The translations under genes and the position numbers were made by a program. DNA of 64,000 bases, taken from Octopus vulgaris. Taxonomy: Eukaryota. The notes under the pieces are model-generated. The model was not told the DNA's origin. It ran no database searches and worked only from the letters and a program-made list of their open reading frames with translations. Shown here piece after piece: positions 25,401 through 40,700 of this stretch (within the stretch, counting starts at the first letter, position 1; each line of letters opens with the position of its first letter). The stretch covers positions 37,758,001-37,822,000 of the forward strand of contig OX597826.1 of assembly GCA_951406725.2 (NCBI GenBank), in the 5' to 3' direction.

Positions 25401-25699
25401 ATTATTTAACCTTCAGTGAGGCTCAATAATATCTAAATTTATTCTATTTCTTACAATATCTTGGCTCAAATTCTTCAGTCTTCTCGCTACTAATTTATTA
25501 TTGGGTTAAATAGAGAAGTCGTTCGGTCAGTTTTTGCTGGAAGGAATTATTATTGACAATGAAATATTCATGAGTCCACGGGGTGGGTAGCCTTTATACA
25601 GCTGCTCTGCTTTGTTAAAAATATTAGCTAAGTCTAAACACTACCACCACCACAAACAACTACTACAACTACTATTACTACGGCTACAACTGAAACCAA

Positions 25700-25860
25700 C
25701 GAGAGAACCTCTATGAGGTCGCACGACCTGCTAGACACAGCAGCAACCAATCCTACCTAAAATCACCCCAACCGTCTTTGAAAACAAGGACATGTTTGAT
25801 ATTGTGTTCCTCAGGATCCCAGGATTATAAGACAGAAGCTGAATCCTATAAGACATTGTG
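25700..25860 (+). repeat. Dispersed repeat family D (old, fragmentary)
   Basis: Motif like CTGCTAGAAATAGCAGCCAAATCT...AATCACAC recurs, diverged, at ~25727, 26402, 31460, 38545, 38710, 40990 (+) and ~14920, 22200, 40250 (-). Confidence 0.6.
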
Positions 25861-27201
25861 TCCAGTGTCCTTGTATCGAATCGATATTGATTTCCGTTGA
25901 TTGATTAGCATAGTGATTGATTGATATTGTGCTAGTAAGGAAGATAACCCATTCAGCAATACTTATTTGACAGCCCCTGCTGCAGTCAGTGGTTAATTTC
26001 ACTGCGTCAACATTTAAAAGTGAATCGGAGAAATGAAATAATTTAGTACGGCGCTCCTCTGTTTCTACTTTGTATTCTGAAATATATAAGAACATGCACA
26101 TCATCAGCATCATCAGCATCATCAGCAGCAGCAGCAACAGTAGAGGCTACAGCTGTAGTATCATCAACAACGATATCACTATCTTCGTCATCAACAGCAC
26201 GACGAATATCACCACCATCATCAATATCATCATCATCATCATCATCAACAACAACAACTATATCAACAGCATTATCATCGGTTGTGGTCGTCATCCTCAT
26301 CATCATCATCAACTTCCTCAATATCAATGTTATTCCCTTCACCACCACCACCACCATCATCATCACCATTAATGTACAAACGATGACCTTCATGTCACTC
26401 GACTTGCAAGAAATAACAACCAAATCTCTCTTTAATCACACAGTGTTGCCTTTAAGATGACACATTAGGTCATCTATCCAATAATATGGGATAGTCACGA
26501 ATGGAAGCTCATTGATTATAGATGTCACTTGGATCAAATCAAAAACAACAATGATGAGCATAATGTAGTGTCAGCAACAACTACATACTACTGCTGCTGC
26601 TGCTACTGCTGCTGCTACCACTGGTGCTGCTAAGTTATCGTCAAAACTGCGATTTGCCAAGATTCTGTTGAAGAATCTAAGAACCAGAATATTTGTCCAA
26701 AACTTACGTAATTAAAATCTTCCAATACATTATTAATAATGAATATTTTCCAACTTAACACAATCTTGACTGTTCCAATTAAAAGTTCTGATGATAAACG
26801 AGAAGATTTGATCCTGAGATGAAATTTCATTAGAATTGGAATTACCAAAATGTAGAATTTAATTCATTTCTTTCACACCTCCAACGACTAAGCTCTCCTC
26901 ATTTCGTTTCTAATTAACAGATTTTTTTTTGAGAATATATAAAATTATATCTATTTAGTATTGATTATTGATTAAAATATTTGGAAACATTTTACTTGGC
27001 AGGTAGCGGAAACGGATCACCCCCAAAGAAACCAGAACTTAACTTCCAAAAACAGCCAACGCCAAGTGGAAGTCTCTAGAGAAATGATTGTCTTGCTGGA
27101 ACCTTCCAACAATAGTTGTAATAACTGTGATGGTGGAATGTATTTTAATACTAAGACAGGTGTTATTTAGCAACAATAGACAAACAAACAGAGAGACAGA
27201 C

Positions 27202-27310
<109 letters not shown>

Positions 27311-27470
27311 TTCTGGACATGGAACTGTAGCACTTATATCTTGTAAAAGTCATTTTAACCATTAAATATTCACAAAGAAGCAATTACATTTATTTCTAAT
27401 ATATTTCTTGAGATGTCAGATGTTTCGTTGATTGCCACCACGTGATCACTGGCATAGTAGCTGTGTGTAT

Positions 27471-27502
<32 letters not shown>

Positions 27503-28048
27503 TCAATAACGAATTAAAAGCAGCGTTAATATTGTAAAACATTATCGTCTCCACATACTCAAAATATGTGTTTTTTTCTTTTGTTCGCCGGTTAGCTGCG
27601 GTATAGCGCTTGAGGGATAACTGGGTGTTATAAAGCTGAGTGTTAAATCGCATGAAAGACATAGACAGACGGAACAACGTGCCTCGAACGAATTCAGGAA
27701 TGATGGATACCAATATATTTCGTCAAGTTTTGTGGCTTAACGACATCACGTGCCTGAATCGAACCGGGAACGAATCGAATCGCCAGTCTATGACAATGCA
27801 TAAATATTTAACCTCACTTCAACTTGGAAGTTCTGTTAGAACAAATTTTACTGCAATAGATACGATGAGAGAAACCTTCATATTGCCTTTCGGTACCCAA
27901 ATGCACGCTTGTTTAATACTGCTTGTGTCGCTAATATATGTGCGTGTGTGTGTATGTGTGTGTGTCTGGTTGTGTATGTATGTATGTATATTAGAATATG
28001 TTTGCCAACTAAATATAGCGCTCAGAGTTTTAATATAGCCTATATATA

Positions 28049-29295
28049 TTAGATTGTTTCGAAAATAATGGCCGCTCTAAGTGTTGAGTTTTGAAACGCA
28101 ATTTTGTCTTAGTATTTTAATTATATTTTAGGTGGATTTCGACATACTTAATAATTGATGTATGCTCTTCAATAATTTTTTAATTATTTCAGGTAGAAAA
28201 CATTCTTGAAGCATAGGCGCCCTTAATTATGAAAATGACAAAAAAAATGACCTTCGCTTCCTTTTCTTGCGTGAGTTCAAGCTTGGGCACAATACCTCCC
28301 AAACTGCTGCCAATATCAACAGAGCATGAGGAGAGGGATTCACTAGTGATCGCACAGTACGAAGGTGGCTTCAGAAATTCCGTAGTGATGATGAGAGCCT
28401 TGAAGATGAAGAAGTTAGAGAACAGACATGCAGTCTTGAAAATGAACAGTTGAAAGCAATTGTTGGACAAAACCTACGTCAAAGTGTCAGAGAAATGTCT
28501 CATGCACTTGGTGTCGGTATTGCAGAAGAGTGGTAAGGTGAATAAGCTTGATAAATGGGTACCGCATGAGCTCAATGAAAATCAAAATGTTCGGCATATG
28601 CTCGATATTCTTACTGGGAAACACCAATGCTCCTTTTCTTGACCGAATAGTCACTTGTGATGAAAAGTGGATCCTTTATGATAACCATAAATTATCAGGT
28701 CAATGGCTTGATTGTGATGAGTGTCCCAAACATTTCCCAAAGCGAAAGTTGTTTCAGCAAAAGATTATGGTGACTGTCTGGTGGTCTGCAATTGGTATTG
28801 TCCATTACAGGTTTCTTGAAGCCAATCAGAGCATTACAGCAGAGGTTTACTACAATCAATTCGCTGAAATGCATAATCACTTGCAAAAAATAAGACCTGC
28901 TTTGGTGAATCGGCGTGGCCCAATTTTTCTCCACGATAATGCAAGCCACATGTTGCATGAATGACGCTACAGAAACTCAGACTAGGGATACGAGACTTTA
29001 TCTCATCCTCAATATTCTCCTGATCTTTCACCTACTGACTACCATTTTTTTAAAGCATTTAAACACGTTTTAAGTGATAAAACGTTCTGGTCCAAACCAG
29101 AGGTGGAATCAGCTTTCAAAAATTTCTTAGCATCAAAACCAATAAGTTTTTATCAACGAGGAATAAATAATCTCGTTGATTGATGGCAGAGATGCAAAGA
29201 TATTCACGGCTCATACTTTGACTAATCAAAATATTTCTATTACCAATTTTACCAGAATAAAATTATGTTTCTGAAATCGCCTATTATTTTCGGAA
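28049..29295 (+). mobile_element. Near full-length decayed mariner transposon (DD34D-type)
   Basis: EFKLGHN..TAANIN..RTVRRWLQKFRS..SLEDEE, KLDKWVPHEL, FLDRIVTCDEKWILYDN, KIMVTVWWS, LHDNA, HPQYSPDLSPTDYH. Imperfect TIRs TTCGAAAATAATGGCCG (~28058) and CGCCTATTATTTTCGGAA (~29278-29295). Stops and frameshifts present. Confidence 0.93.
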
Positions 29296-31759
29296 AGGTG
29301 TTTTATACTTTTACATGTTTCCACCATTTGACTGCACCCATGCTGGGGCACCGCTTTGAATAAATTGACTCCAGGACTTTTTAAAGCCTAGAACTTATTC
29401 TATCAGTTTCTTTTGCCGAACCGCTTGTCAAGCGGTGGTGGGGAACACACACAGACACACACATATATATTCATTTATTCTTTTACTTGCTTTAGTCATT
29501 TGACTGTGGCCATGCTGGAGCACCGCTTGAATGGGTTTTAGTCGAATGAATCGATTCCCATGACTTATCTTCTTAGACCTAGTACTTATTCTATCGGTCT
29601 CTTGCTCGTAAAATTAAGGGCAAGTGGCTGATATTCCACAGGAACAAATACCTTTAATCTCAGGGAGATTCAGCCCGCTACAGAATGTGACAAGGCTGGC
29701 CCTTTTAAATAACAGGTACTATTCATTTTTTGCCAGTTGAGTGGACTGGAGCAACGCGAAATAAATTGCCTTGCTCAAGAGGCACAACGCACCGCCGGGA
29801 ATCGAACTCATGTCTTTACGATCGTGGGCCGCTAAGCCACTCACCTTCACATCCTTAATGAGTGTCTGCTATTAATCTTTCTACCAACACTCCCTTTTTA
29901 ATCGTGCTACGTGATTTGAATTATGCTAACTGGGTATCAATCAGCGGATTCTGAGAGAGAGGGGGCGGGCTCTTACGTTATGGGACATCGCCATGAAGAA
30001 TTTTTAAGCGAGTATATATAACGGGCTTCTTTTAGTTTCCGTCTGCCAAATCCACTCACAAGGTTTGGTTCAACCCGAGGCTACAGTAGAAGACACCTGC
30101 CCAAGGTTCTATACAGTGAAACTGAACCCAGAACCATGTGATCAGGAAGCAAACTTCTTACCACACAGCCACGCTGGTGATTGTAACCATCACAGGATTA
30201 CTTAATTGTGATGGTTAAAATTGACTAAAAACTTCAGAAACCTGCATAGACAATCAGAAATTTAATTAGTACCCATAGAATATGATTGCAATGCAAGGAT
30301 AGCCTCGTTGTGTACAAACAGGTACCACGTATAAGGTATACTTTGCGTTATAAAGGGATGTTTCCTTTGTGGAATTTTTTCGGGAGTTAGATATGACCTG
30401 GCAGTAATTATTCCGACTGCTTGATCTATGAGTTCAAACCACGAGGTGTACACAGCCTTTCATATACTTCTGTGGCTGATCAAATAACGTACCAATCAAG
30501 TCTTGTACGTGATCCTTCGTTCCCTTCTCTCTTTCTCTTTCTCCCTCCTCTCTCTTTCTCTATCTCTCTATCTATCTATCTATCTGTTTGTCTATTTATC
30601 TATCTATCCGTCTCTCTGCCTGCCTGTCTATCTGTCTGTTTGTATATCTATCTATATATCTCTGTCTATCAATCTGTTTGTCTATTTATCTAGCCGTCTA
30701 TCTGCCTGCCTGCCTGCCTGCCTGCTTGTCTGTTCGTCTGCTTTCTGCGAATCGCCTATGCTGCATTTTAAGAGGTTCGTTGATTTGGGGCAACCATTCA
30801 CTGGATTTCCTCTCTCTAAGAAACAAAGACGAGTCGAGCGATGAACAACTAATCTCTTCTCATTTAGAATGACACAAAAATTAACCACAGAAAACAAACA
30901 TTGTGGACTTAGACAGACAGCTATGTACAGTTCGGCTTGGAACGGCTTAAAATACAATAATTAAATAAAAACCTGCCTGACATGACATTTGAAATTACCC
31001 CCAAAACACTCTGGAATGAACTATGAATGTATTAATCCTATGATGGAATTTATCTATAAACTTCATTGATCTTAAGTGAAAGCCATTTATCGATGATCTT
31101 GATCGGTTTTTCACCTGTGTATTCATTAATAATTTATTTACAGTGAATACCTGCTTTTGGGTAAATCAAAAGTTCGTTGACGAATTCGGGAAATCAAGCA
31201 AACCCCACCACCAAAGACATCAACGAGGATGCCTCTATGTGGACGCTAACAATGTTAGAAATAGCAGCGAAAGTACTGTAAGATTACGCTCTGCATTCAG
31301 AAAAGGGATACGCTGGACCACCTGGCCGAAGGCTTCCTTATACATACAAGAGGGGAAGGTCATGACCGGGATGCGTTTGATCATTGAGTTTTTCAATCAA
31401 GGTTTGTCAAGGGCAAAACACCGGCAACGATGCGGGTGTCTATATGTGGTCGCATTAACTTGCTAGAAAGAGCAGCCAAATCTTCGGGTGAGTGCATTAC
31501 AATCACACACACACTACTTAAACACATTAAAAAAAAAATACGATAGTCACATGACGCAACGAGATTCGCGAGGCACTGTGTCCGAGCAGGAGGCGTTGTT
31601 GTCACGGTTGGAATATATTTGATCATTATTCGGCCTGATCAGGGCTGACCTAGCATTAACAACAACACCAGCAGCATCTACAACACACTAGAAGTACGAA
31701 GTGTGAATATAGGAAAGAGTTTGATTGAATAACAAAAGGGAACTCGTTAATGTAGCTTG

Positions 31760-32319
31760 GCTCCTTCTTCTTCATCTTTTCTCGACCTCCTTCTCCTCCT
31801 TTTCCTGTTTTCTCTTCTCTTTCTTGTTTTCCTTCGTTTCCTCTCCTCCTCAGCCTCCTCAGCCTCATCATCCTCATCCTACTCATCCTTCTTTTTTCCT
31901 CCTCCTTCTTCTTCGTCTTCTTCTTCTTCTTCTTCTTCTTCTTCTTCGTCTTCTTCTTTCTTCTTCTTCTTCTTCTTCTTCTTCTTCTCCTTCTTCTTCT
32001 TCTTCTTTCTTCTTCTTCTTCTTCTTCTTTGTTATTCTTCTTCTTCTTCTCCTTCTTCTTCTTCTCCTTCTTCTTCTTCTTCTCCTTCTTCTTCTTCTTC
32101 TTCTTCTTTCTTCTTCTTCTTCTTCTTCTTCTCCTTCTTCTCCTTCTTCTTCTTCTTCTTCTTCTTCTCCTTCTTCTTCTCCTCCTCCTCTTCTTCTTCT
32201 TCTTCTTCTTCTTCTTCTTCTTCTTCTTCTTCTTCTTCTTCTTCTTCTTCTTCTTCAGTAGGTCACAATTATTGAAATTCTATGTCAGTTCACCACCACA
32301 AAGAGAAGAAGAAGAAGAA

Positions 32320-32351
<32 letters not shown>

Positions 32352-32420
32352 AGAAGGAAGAAGAAGAAGAAGAAGAAGAAGAAGAAGAAGAAAAGATGAA
32401 GAAGAAGAAGAAGAAAGGAA
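31760..32420. repeat. (CTT)n tract followed by an oppositely oriented (GAA)n tract
   Basis: (CTT)-rich to 32256; (GAA)-rich 32303-32416. Confidence 0.95.
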
Positions 32421-32523
32421 ATAGAAAAAAGTCCCTGCCAAAGCGAAATCAATTAACAATCGCTCGCCACACACACACACACGTACGCACATGCACGCAC
32501 ATACACATTTTCTATCCTCCCTA

Positions 32524-32554
<31 letters not shown>

Positions 32555-33137
32555 CTCCATCTTTCTCTATACTTTCTTTTTTTCTTCATTACTCTTTCTT
32601 TTTCTCTTTCCTTCTCTCCCCACTCTTTCTCTATTCGCTTCTCTCTCTCTCTTTCTCTTTCATTCTTCCCTCTCTCTCTCTCTCTTTCTCTCTAAATGCA
32701 GGCGATAAGCGATTCTTAAAGGAAAACTCGTCTACAATAATATTCCGATTTACTTCTCCACTAACAGTGTGTGTATCACACCTTTATACACAAACACACG
32801 TTCACATACACGTATGTACGTACACACACACAGACAGACACATATCTATTTGTGTGTGTGTCCGCGTGTGTGTATATTGCTAGTGAGTGCACACGTACAC
32901 AGATATGCGCCGCAGTAATAAACGCGTCAGCGAAAATGCTAAAACGCAAATGAGCACGCGCCAGCGACATGTGGTGTGGGTGCATGTGTACGCTTGTGTG
33001 TGTGTCTGTGTGTCCGTGCATGTGTGTGTCTGTGTGTCTGTGTGTCTGTGCGTGTGCGTGTGTGTGAATGATATAGGCATTCTTGTATTTCGCTGCACAT
33101 TTTTACTGTACGAGAAAGCCCGTGTGTGGGAATGTGA

Positions 33138-33178
<41 letters not shown>

Positions 33179-33242
33179 TGGACGCTCACGCACGCACGCA
33201 CACGCACATACACACACGAGTTGAATATGGACAGACGAAGAA

Positions 33243-33273
<31 letters not shown>

Positions 33274-33365
33274 GCGCATTTCTAACTTAAGTTCTATCTA
33301 TTTCTATTTATCTGAATATACAATATATATATATATAGATGGATGGAAGGATAGGTGGGTGAATG

Positions 33366-33443
<78 letters not shown>

Positions 33444-34952
33444 ATATCAGATATACAGAAAAAGAAAGAGAGTATCATAGATAGTTTTACCTTCTGCTAA
33501 ATTCGGTGTCGTCTAGATTCCGTGTTCAAATCCAAGTCGATGGCATCACTTCCCGAGACTAAATAATTTTATACAAGTACCAGTAATATATTGGTTTCAG
33601 ATATTGGCACAAGGCCAGCAATTTCGGGGGAGGAGGTAAGTCGATTACACTAACCCCAGTGTTCAACTGGTACACATTTTATCGATTCCGAAAGGATGGA
33701 AGTTAAAGATGGATTTGACACAATTTGAACCCAGAACGTGAAGACGACGGAGATGCCGTTAAGCATTCTGCCTGGTGTGCTTAGCTATTCTGCCAGCTTT
33801 GCCGCCTTGAAGTACCAGTAATATACTGGATGGTAATAAGGCAGTGATAGCCTCCTCAGGTAGTGGTGGCGACGGGAAGGCGGCGCGGTGGCGATGGCTG
33901 TGGTGAGAGGTTTTGAGGCGTCGGCGGTGGTGGCGGTGGTGGTGGTGGTGGTGCATTTCGCGGTAGGGGTTGTGTGGGATGGAGGTGGTGGGGTGGCAGT
34001 GGTGGGTGTGAGGTGGTAGTGGTGGGGGATGTTGCGGTGAGGTAGGTGACAGTGGAGGGTTATTGAGTGTGATGCTAAGGAATACTCGGATGTGAAGAAG
34101 CTGGTGTCGCGTTTAGTATTTCTCATACTCAGGGATATCCTCCTGAAGAATATAAAGAAACACTCGTTAAGTTTATACTGCTACCGCCACTTAAAGTAAG
34201 TGGTTGGACTGCAGGGTGGTTTACGTTACATAAATTTACAGCTAGGCAGACTCAGCCGTTTGTGAAATTAAGTGTTCTCGCTCCTGACAGAACGTACTCT
34301 CCGTTACACCACTTGAACTGTTTTACCTCTCCGATAATAGTCAGACGCTGCGCCCTCTAGGCTATTTGTTCTTTCATGGCGTGTGGTGACAAAAACGACA
34401 GGGCCCTCTTCTTTGATGCTGTCGATGGTGCTGGTGTGGTGTGTCCCCTGGTCAGTTTGATCCACTGGCCCTATGATTCACAGATCACTGCTGCTGGTAG
34501 TGTTGGTGATGGTGATGGTGGAAGTGCTGGTGGCGGCGGCGGTGGTGGTGGTGGTGGTGGTGTCTAAACTTAGGTCAGTTTGACCCGCCAATCTCATTCT
34601 ACACAAGTTTTTGTCGTTGTAATCTCCGCGGGTTGTAAGCCAAGAGGAAAGACTTCACGTTGAAATCCGTCTCCCTAGTTATTCACCTTCCGGGGCCATC
34701 CAGTCATATGCCTCCCCAACCCTGCCCCACGGTGGGTGTAAAGCAGCAAAGGTGGAGCACCGAACTACATTGCTGTATTTACCTGTCTCAACTCGCAGTT
34801 GAAAGATTCCCTGCTTTCTCGGGTCGGTATCATAAATACCAGTAATATACTAAGGCCTTCCCTTCAAATTATACCACACAAGGAATGCACTGTGTGTGTG
34901 TGTGTATTCGTGTGTATGTGCATGAGTGAGCATGCGTGTGTGTGTGTGTGTG

Positions 34953-34985
<33 letters not shown>

Positions 34986-35143
34986 TGTGTGATTATTTCT
35001 CCTACCTGTCTCCCTCTATCTTGTTTTTTTTCTATGCAGGTGTCTGACGATGCATAGCCATCAGTTATTCGGTTATAGTTATCTACATATCTATTGATCT
35101 GTTCGTCTATCTAACTGTATTTCTCTCTCTCTCCCTCACACTG

Positions 35144-35186
<43 letters not shown>

Positions 35187-35364
35187 CGTGTGTGCGAGTG
35201 TGTGTGTGCGTGTGTGCGAGTGTGTATGTGCCTGTGCATGAATATATATAAATCGATATAGAGAAATTGATAGATAGATGCATACATACATATATACATA
35301 CATGTGTGTGTATGCGCGGGCGTATGAATATATATATATATATATATAAAGTGAATAAAGATAG

Positions 35365-35395
<31 letters not shown>

Positions 35396-35455
35396 CATGT
35401 GTGTGTGTGTGTATACGTTCGCAAAAGATAGATGGATGGATAACGATAGACAGAC

Positions 35456-35503
<48 letters not shown>

Positions 35504-35523
35504 GGTTGGATAGACAGATAGAC

Positions 35524-35653
<130 letters not shown>

Positions 35654-36630
35654 GAAAAGAGTAATAGAGATAAAAGGAGGTGGGGAAATGGGTGGAGAGT
35701 AGAATTGATATTAAACACACGCATATATATATATATATATATATACATCACCTAAATCTGTGTGTGTGTGTGTGTGTAAGTGTGTGTGTGTAAGTGTGAA
35801 TCCACGTGTGTTGGTAATAATTTGTCACCAACACCGCCTCCATCAGTGATCACTAACGTCAGTCTAGTGATTATCAACATCCCCACCGTCGCCACACCAC
35901 CACCACCACCGACACACCTCTATCAGCGCTACCAACGCCGACATACAACTACCACGATGGCCATCACACCACCAGCGCTACCATCGCCAACAACCATCTC
36001 CGAAATCAATCACCACCCACTTTATTTAACATTAACGCCTTCACCACCACCGCCACCCCCTCCTCCACTACTAAATCAATCACTACCCAGTTCATCGAAT
36101 ACTAACAACGCCACCACCGTCATCATTTTCCTATATATATCTACATCTCCTTCTCTCTCCTCTTCCTGCCACCAACTCCTACCTCTTTTCCACATGCACC
36201 CCCCTCCCCTTCTTACATCCACTAGCCCTCTCTTTCTCCTATTCTGCTCACTTCCTCCTCCTTCCCTTCTTCCCTACCTCACCCTCCTGCTTCCCAACCT
36301 CTTTCTGTCTTCTTCCTCCTCCTCTTCCTATTCCTTCCTTCAATCTTTCTCTCTCTCTCTTTCTCCTCCACCACCAACATCCGTCATATTACCACCACCA
36401 GCCACCTCTCCCCATCACCACTACAAACCACTCCCTCATTACGTCAACTACCAGCATACCCACCCTCTATATCTATACCCCTCTATCTCTCCCACTTTCC
36501 CCTCTTTATATATTCGTATATACACACACACACATACCACTGCAAACATACGTGTGTCTGTGTGTATGTGTTAAGAGTTTTGTATAAATCTCTCTCTGTA
36601 CATGCATTGCACAGAAGTGTTTATAATAAT

Positions 36631-36706
<76 letters not shown>

Positions 36707-36827
36707 CATACATACATACGCACATATATTCATATATATATATATAGGTTTGTGTGTGTGTATTTCAGTGCATGCAAGCGCGCACATCGGTTTGCTTGTG
36801 TGCGGACATTTCCGCGAATGTGCATGC

Positions 36828-36878
<51 letters not shown>

Positions 36879-36883
36879 CGCAC

Positions 36884-36917
<34 letters not shown>

Positions 36918-36976
36918 GTGGTATACACACACACACACTATATATATGTGTGTGTGTGTGTGTGAGTGTGTGTGTA

Positions 36977-37033
<57 letters not shown>

Positions 37034-37296
37034 ATATATATATATACGCACCTTTATCCTTCTGCACTCGCCACCTGTCTCCCTCTCTCCCTCTACACCT
37101 CTACACCTCCGCCTCTTACCCTTATGTACTCCTTCTCTAACTCAATACATACCTATTTTCCAAATGCTCTTTTTTCCTATTTTCTCCTCCCCCTCTCTCT
37201 CCTTCTTTCTCTTTATATCTCTCGCTCTTACATCCTTCACTCCATCTATTTCTCTTAATATTTCAACTCTTCAATTCCTCCTTCTCTCTTCCTCCT

Positions 37297-37330
<34 letters not shown>

Positions 37331-37374
37331 ATTTACTCTCTATCTCCCCCTCTCTCTGTTTCCTTCTCTCTCCC

Positions 37375-37416
<42 letters not shown>

Positions 37417-37756
37417 CCCCTTCAGCTTCTATTAATCTTCCCTCCTCCGCCTCCTCTTTTTCCTCCCACTATGGCATCGCTCTCTTCTTTTTCTCCTCTT
37501 CATCTCGACGTTGCACTTTCTCTTCCCCTACTTTGAAACCCATTCGAATCGAACAGACTCACACTATCACAAACGCACGCGCATCAACATACCAGCACAT
37601 TTGCGTATAACAATATATATATATGAATGTATGCTTGAGTTATATATATACATACACACACACACACATATACATCCCTGTCAGTAGATATGAGTGTATG
37701 TGCAAATGTATTCATATATACGTTTATATGCATACACCCACACACCCACACACATA

Positions 37757-37796
<40 letters not shown>

Positions 37797-40700
37797 TATA
37801 TCCACACTCACACACTGCTATACATACACGTACACTTGTGTTTGTATATGTGCCTGTGTGTGTATAAGAGTGCGTGTCTAAAACCTGTAAACTCATGCAT
37901 CATACAATGAATGTGTGCAGCAAGAAAAACCAAATCGGTTGTTTGTTGATGTTTCTCCCCTTCCGTACACTCCACACCCCATCTTCCACCCCCATCGTTT
38001 GTCTGTCTCTATGTCTCCCCCACCCCCTCCCCCCATCCGCTTCAGTTTTTCTATGGCTATTTTGTTCTACGCTGTTGATTCTTCTTCTCTCACTGGGTCT
38101 CACAATAGCTTTGACCATTTTCTGTCATATGATGTATCCAGTAGAGGGCAGCACATGCTTTAGAAGAGAAGACTAGGAAGGAGAGACAGACGGTGAGAAA
38201 GAAAGAGAGAAAGCAGAGTCTTTTTGCTTTGTTTTTTGTTTGTTTTGTTTGTTTGTTTTTTTTGTTTTTTGTGCAAAGTAATTAAATTAGTCTCGTGAAG
38301 AATGTCTAGAAATTAACTTCCTGGAGGTGGAGCTAATTATCCAGCCTCGATGGTCAACTCTCTCACCGCCTTCCACTTTGTCTACTTTCGCAGTTTAATG
38401 CTGACCATTCCACTATTAGCCATCGTCCAGGTTCTACATTATTTCATAATCTCGTGGCTTCCCGTTCGTGTGATCTACACTACGTTGAGTGTATTAATCC
38501 GGCACCCAAAGGAGAATTGTAATCTCACACCGAATTGCTCCTCTTGCTAAGAATCGCAACCAAATCTACCGCGAATCACATTTTACCGTTTTGGATAATC
38601 ATCATCGCTGCCGCCGCCGCCGTCGTCGTTATCACTATTACAACCACTATCATCATCATCATTATTGAATCAAGTCTACGAGGGGACATCGTATATCATC
38701 GATCGATTCTGCTTGAAATAGCAGCCAAAGCTGATTCAAACCCCTCCCCCCGCTATCATCTTAAAAGCTATCTCACTGGCTTAGTGTAGTCTAAGGTGTA
38801 CTAGGCCTGAAAATAAAATACCAGATGGTCACAAGAACTTTTGAACAGTTAATGGTGGTGTTAGCGCCACCCATAGTGAGAGAGAGTTTTTAGGCTTGAA
38901 TCGATTAAGAATGATACAAGGATACCGAAATTGTCAGAAGTCTGTATGTCCACCAACCAAGAGACCTGGGCTCAAATTTGTTTCATTATTATATCATTGT
39001 AAATCATTCAGTTAGCTTTGGCTTAAATGTGGCTGTCTTCGCTGAAATTTTCAAGCATGAAATTCGTTAGATGTATCCAGGCCTAGAAATAAATTACATA
39101 GGAGAAAATATACGCTAAAGCCCTCACCGATATTGAGAGCAAGCTTCAGGTTTTATAAACATCCCTCACTGCAGCCACTGCCAATTCACCGCCACCCAAT
39201 CCCCCCCCCACCACCACCAGGGAAAGTTATCGCCGATTAGTTACTAATCGATATATTATTGATACTTTTTATAAATGTGACTTTTTTCACTCTAAATTGA
39301 AGCCAATCATTTTAAAAGAGCAATTCCGACCGAGACACGATGTAGTGGAAGCACAGTAAAACTGCAGGATAACGTCAATGGACCCAAACTTTCTGCAGAC
39401 ATAAGGGCAAGTAATTCAAATATTTTTGGCAGGGTAGCAAGTCACTGGATTATGCTTGCTTGATATTTCTGCCGGAACCGGAAAATCAAACCTTGTCAGG
39501 TTCTCTCAAAGTCGGTCGACCTAAATACACGGTTATTATAGTTGCTTCTTCAGGCATCGCCGTCATACTCTCTGCTATTTTTCACAGGTTTCTTTGATGT
39601 CTCTTAATGCGAAATTGGTTGGTGCTATGGTTAACGTCTGCATTGAATCAATGTCGAATACACCGATATAAAGACAATATATGTGTATTTATCAAACGCT
39701 TTCCTTCCAGGATATTTCTGTATGTATATGCATTTGTCTCTCTCTGTGTATGCATGTATGTATGGATGGATGGATTGATGGATAGCTATGCATGTATGTG
39801 TGGTGCGATTGTGTTTATACATGTAAGAATTTGCGTGCATGTGGAGCGATTATCTGTGGATGTGTGTATGAATCAATGTATGTATGTGTATATGAATGTG
39901 TGTTTGTGTGTATAAGTGTGTGTGTACATATTCTCTGTGCCTATGTAGGGATAGAGAAATTAATGACCAGTTAAGCTTAAACTTCCACTGAACTATATAT
40001 GACTGTCGTTTCTTCCATCATCCTTAACATTTCACTGGGAAACGACGCTAGCCTCTTCAAATTTAACTCTCCCCACATATCTCGTAAGCAAGAATAATAC
40101 CGTTGTTGTAGGTTAGCTTCTTATCAAACCTAACTGAGTAGACCTATAATCAAAGGTGATCCAACCATGGCTATCCCTTTTATGGTTTTAGACAAAATAT
40201 ATCCCAGGTCATATCACAGCAAAGGCTGTTATATTCTGAGACGGTAAGGTGTGATTTCAAGTACAAGTTGGGTGATCGTCAAGGGATTCCCTCGCTGTCT
40301 CGCGAATAAATATAATTTGCCCTTAGATGCAATGAAACTCTTGCAGCGGAATTGAATTCACGTACTGTGAGTTAGTAATTCAACACTGTATCCAGTCGTC
40401 CGGTTGCCACAAATCACCAAACTCTAAGATACACATTAAAAGTGAACTCTAATCTCGTGTGTAGAGAATGTCACTTGCAGACAAGGTTGGGTGGTTATTG
40501 GGTGCTGAACCCGAAATTTACAGATATTTCCAGTTTTATCAGATAAATGTAAGGGAGGAAGGGGACAGATGATATGAACAGGGCGGGGAGATGATTGATT
40601 CTTGCAGCAATACAGCAACAGATCAATGGATTAATGAAATGATCGATAGAAACACAGGAACAGGTTTTTTTTTAAATTATTGATATACATTTGGAAATTG

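Noticed and set aside
35780-36574. 264-aa Pro/Ser/Thr-rich ORF
   Set aside because: Low-complexity C-rich tract with a non-ATG start inside (TG)n; no recognisable motifs.
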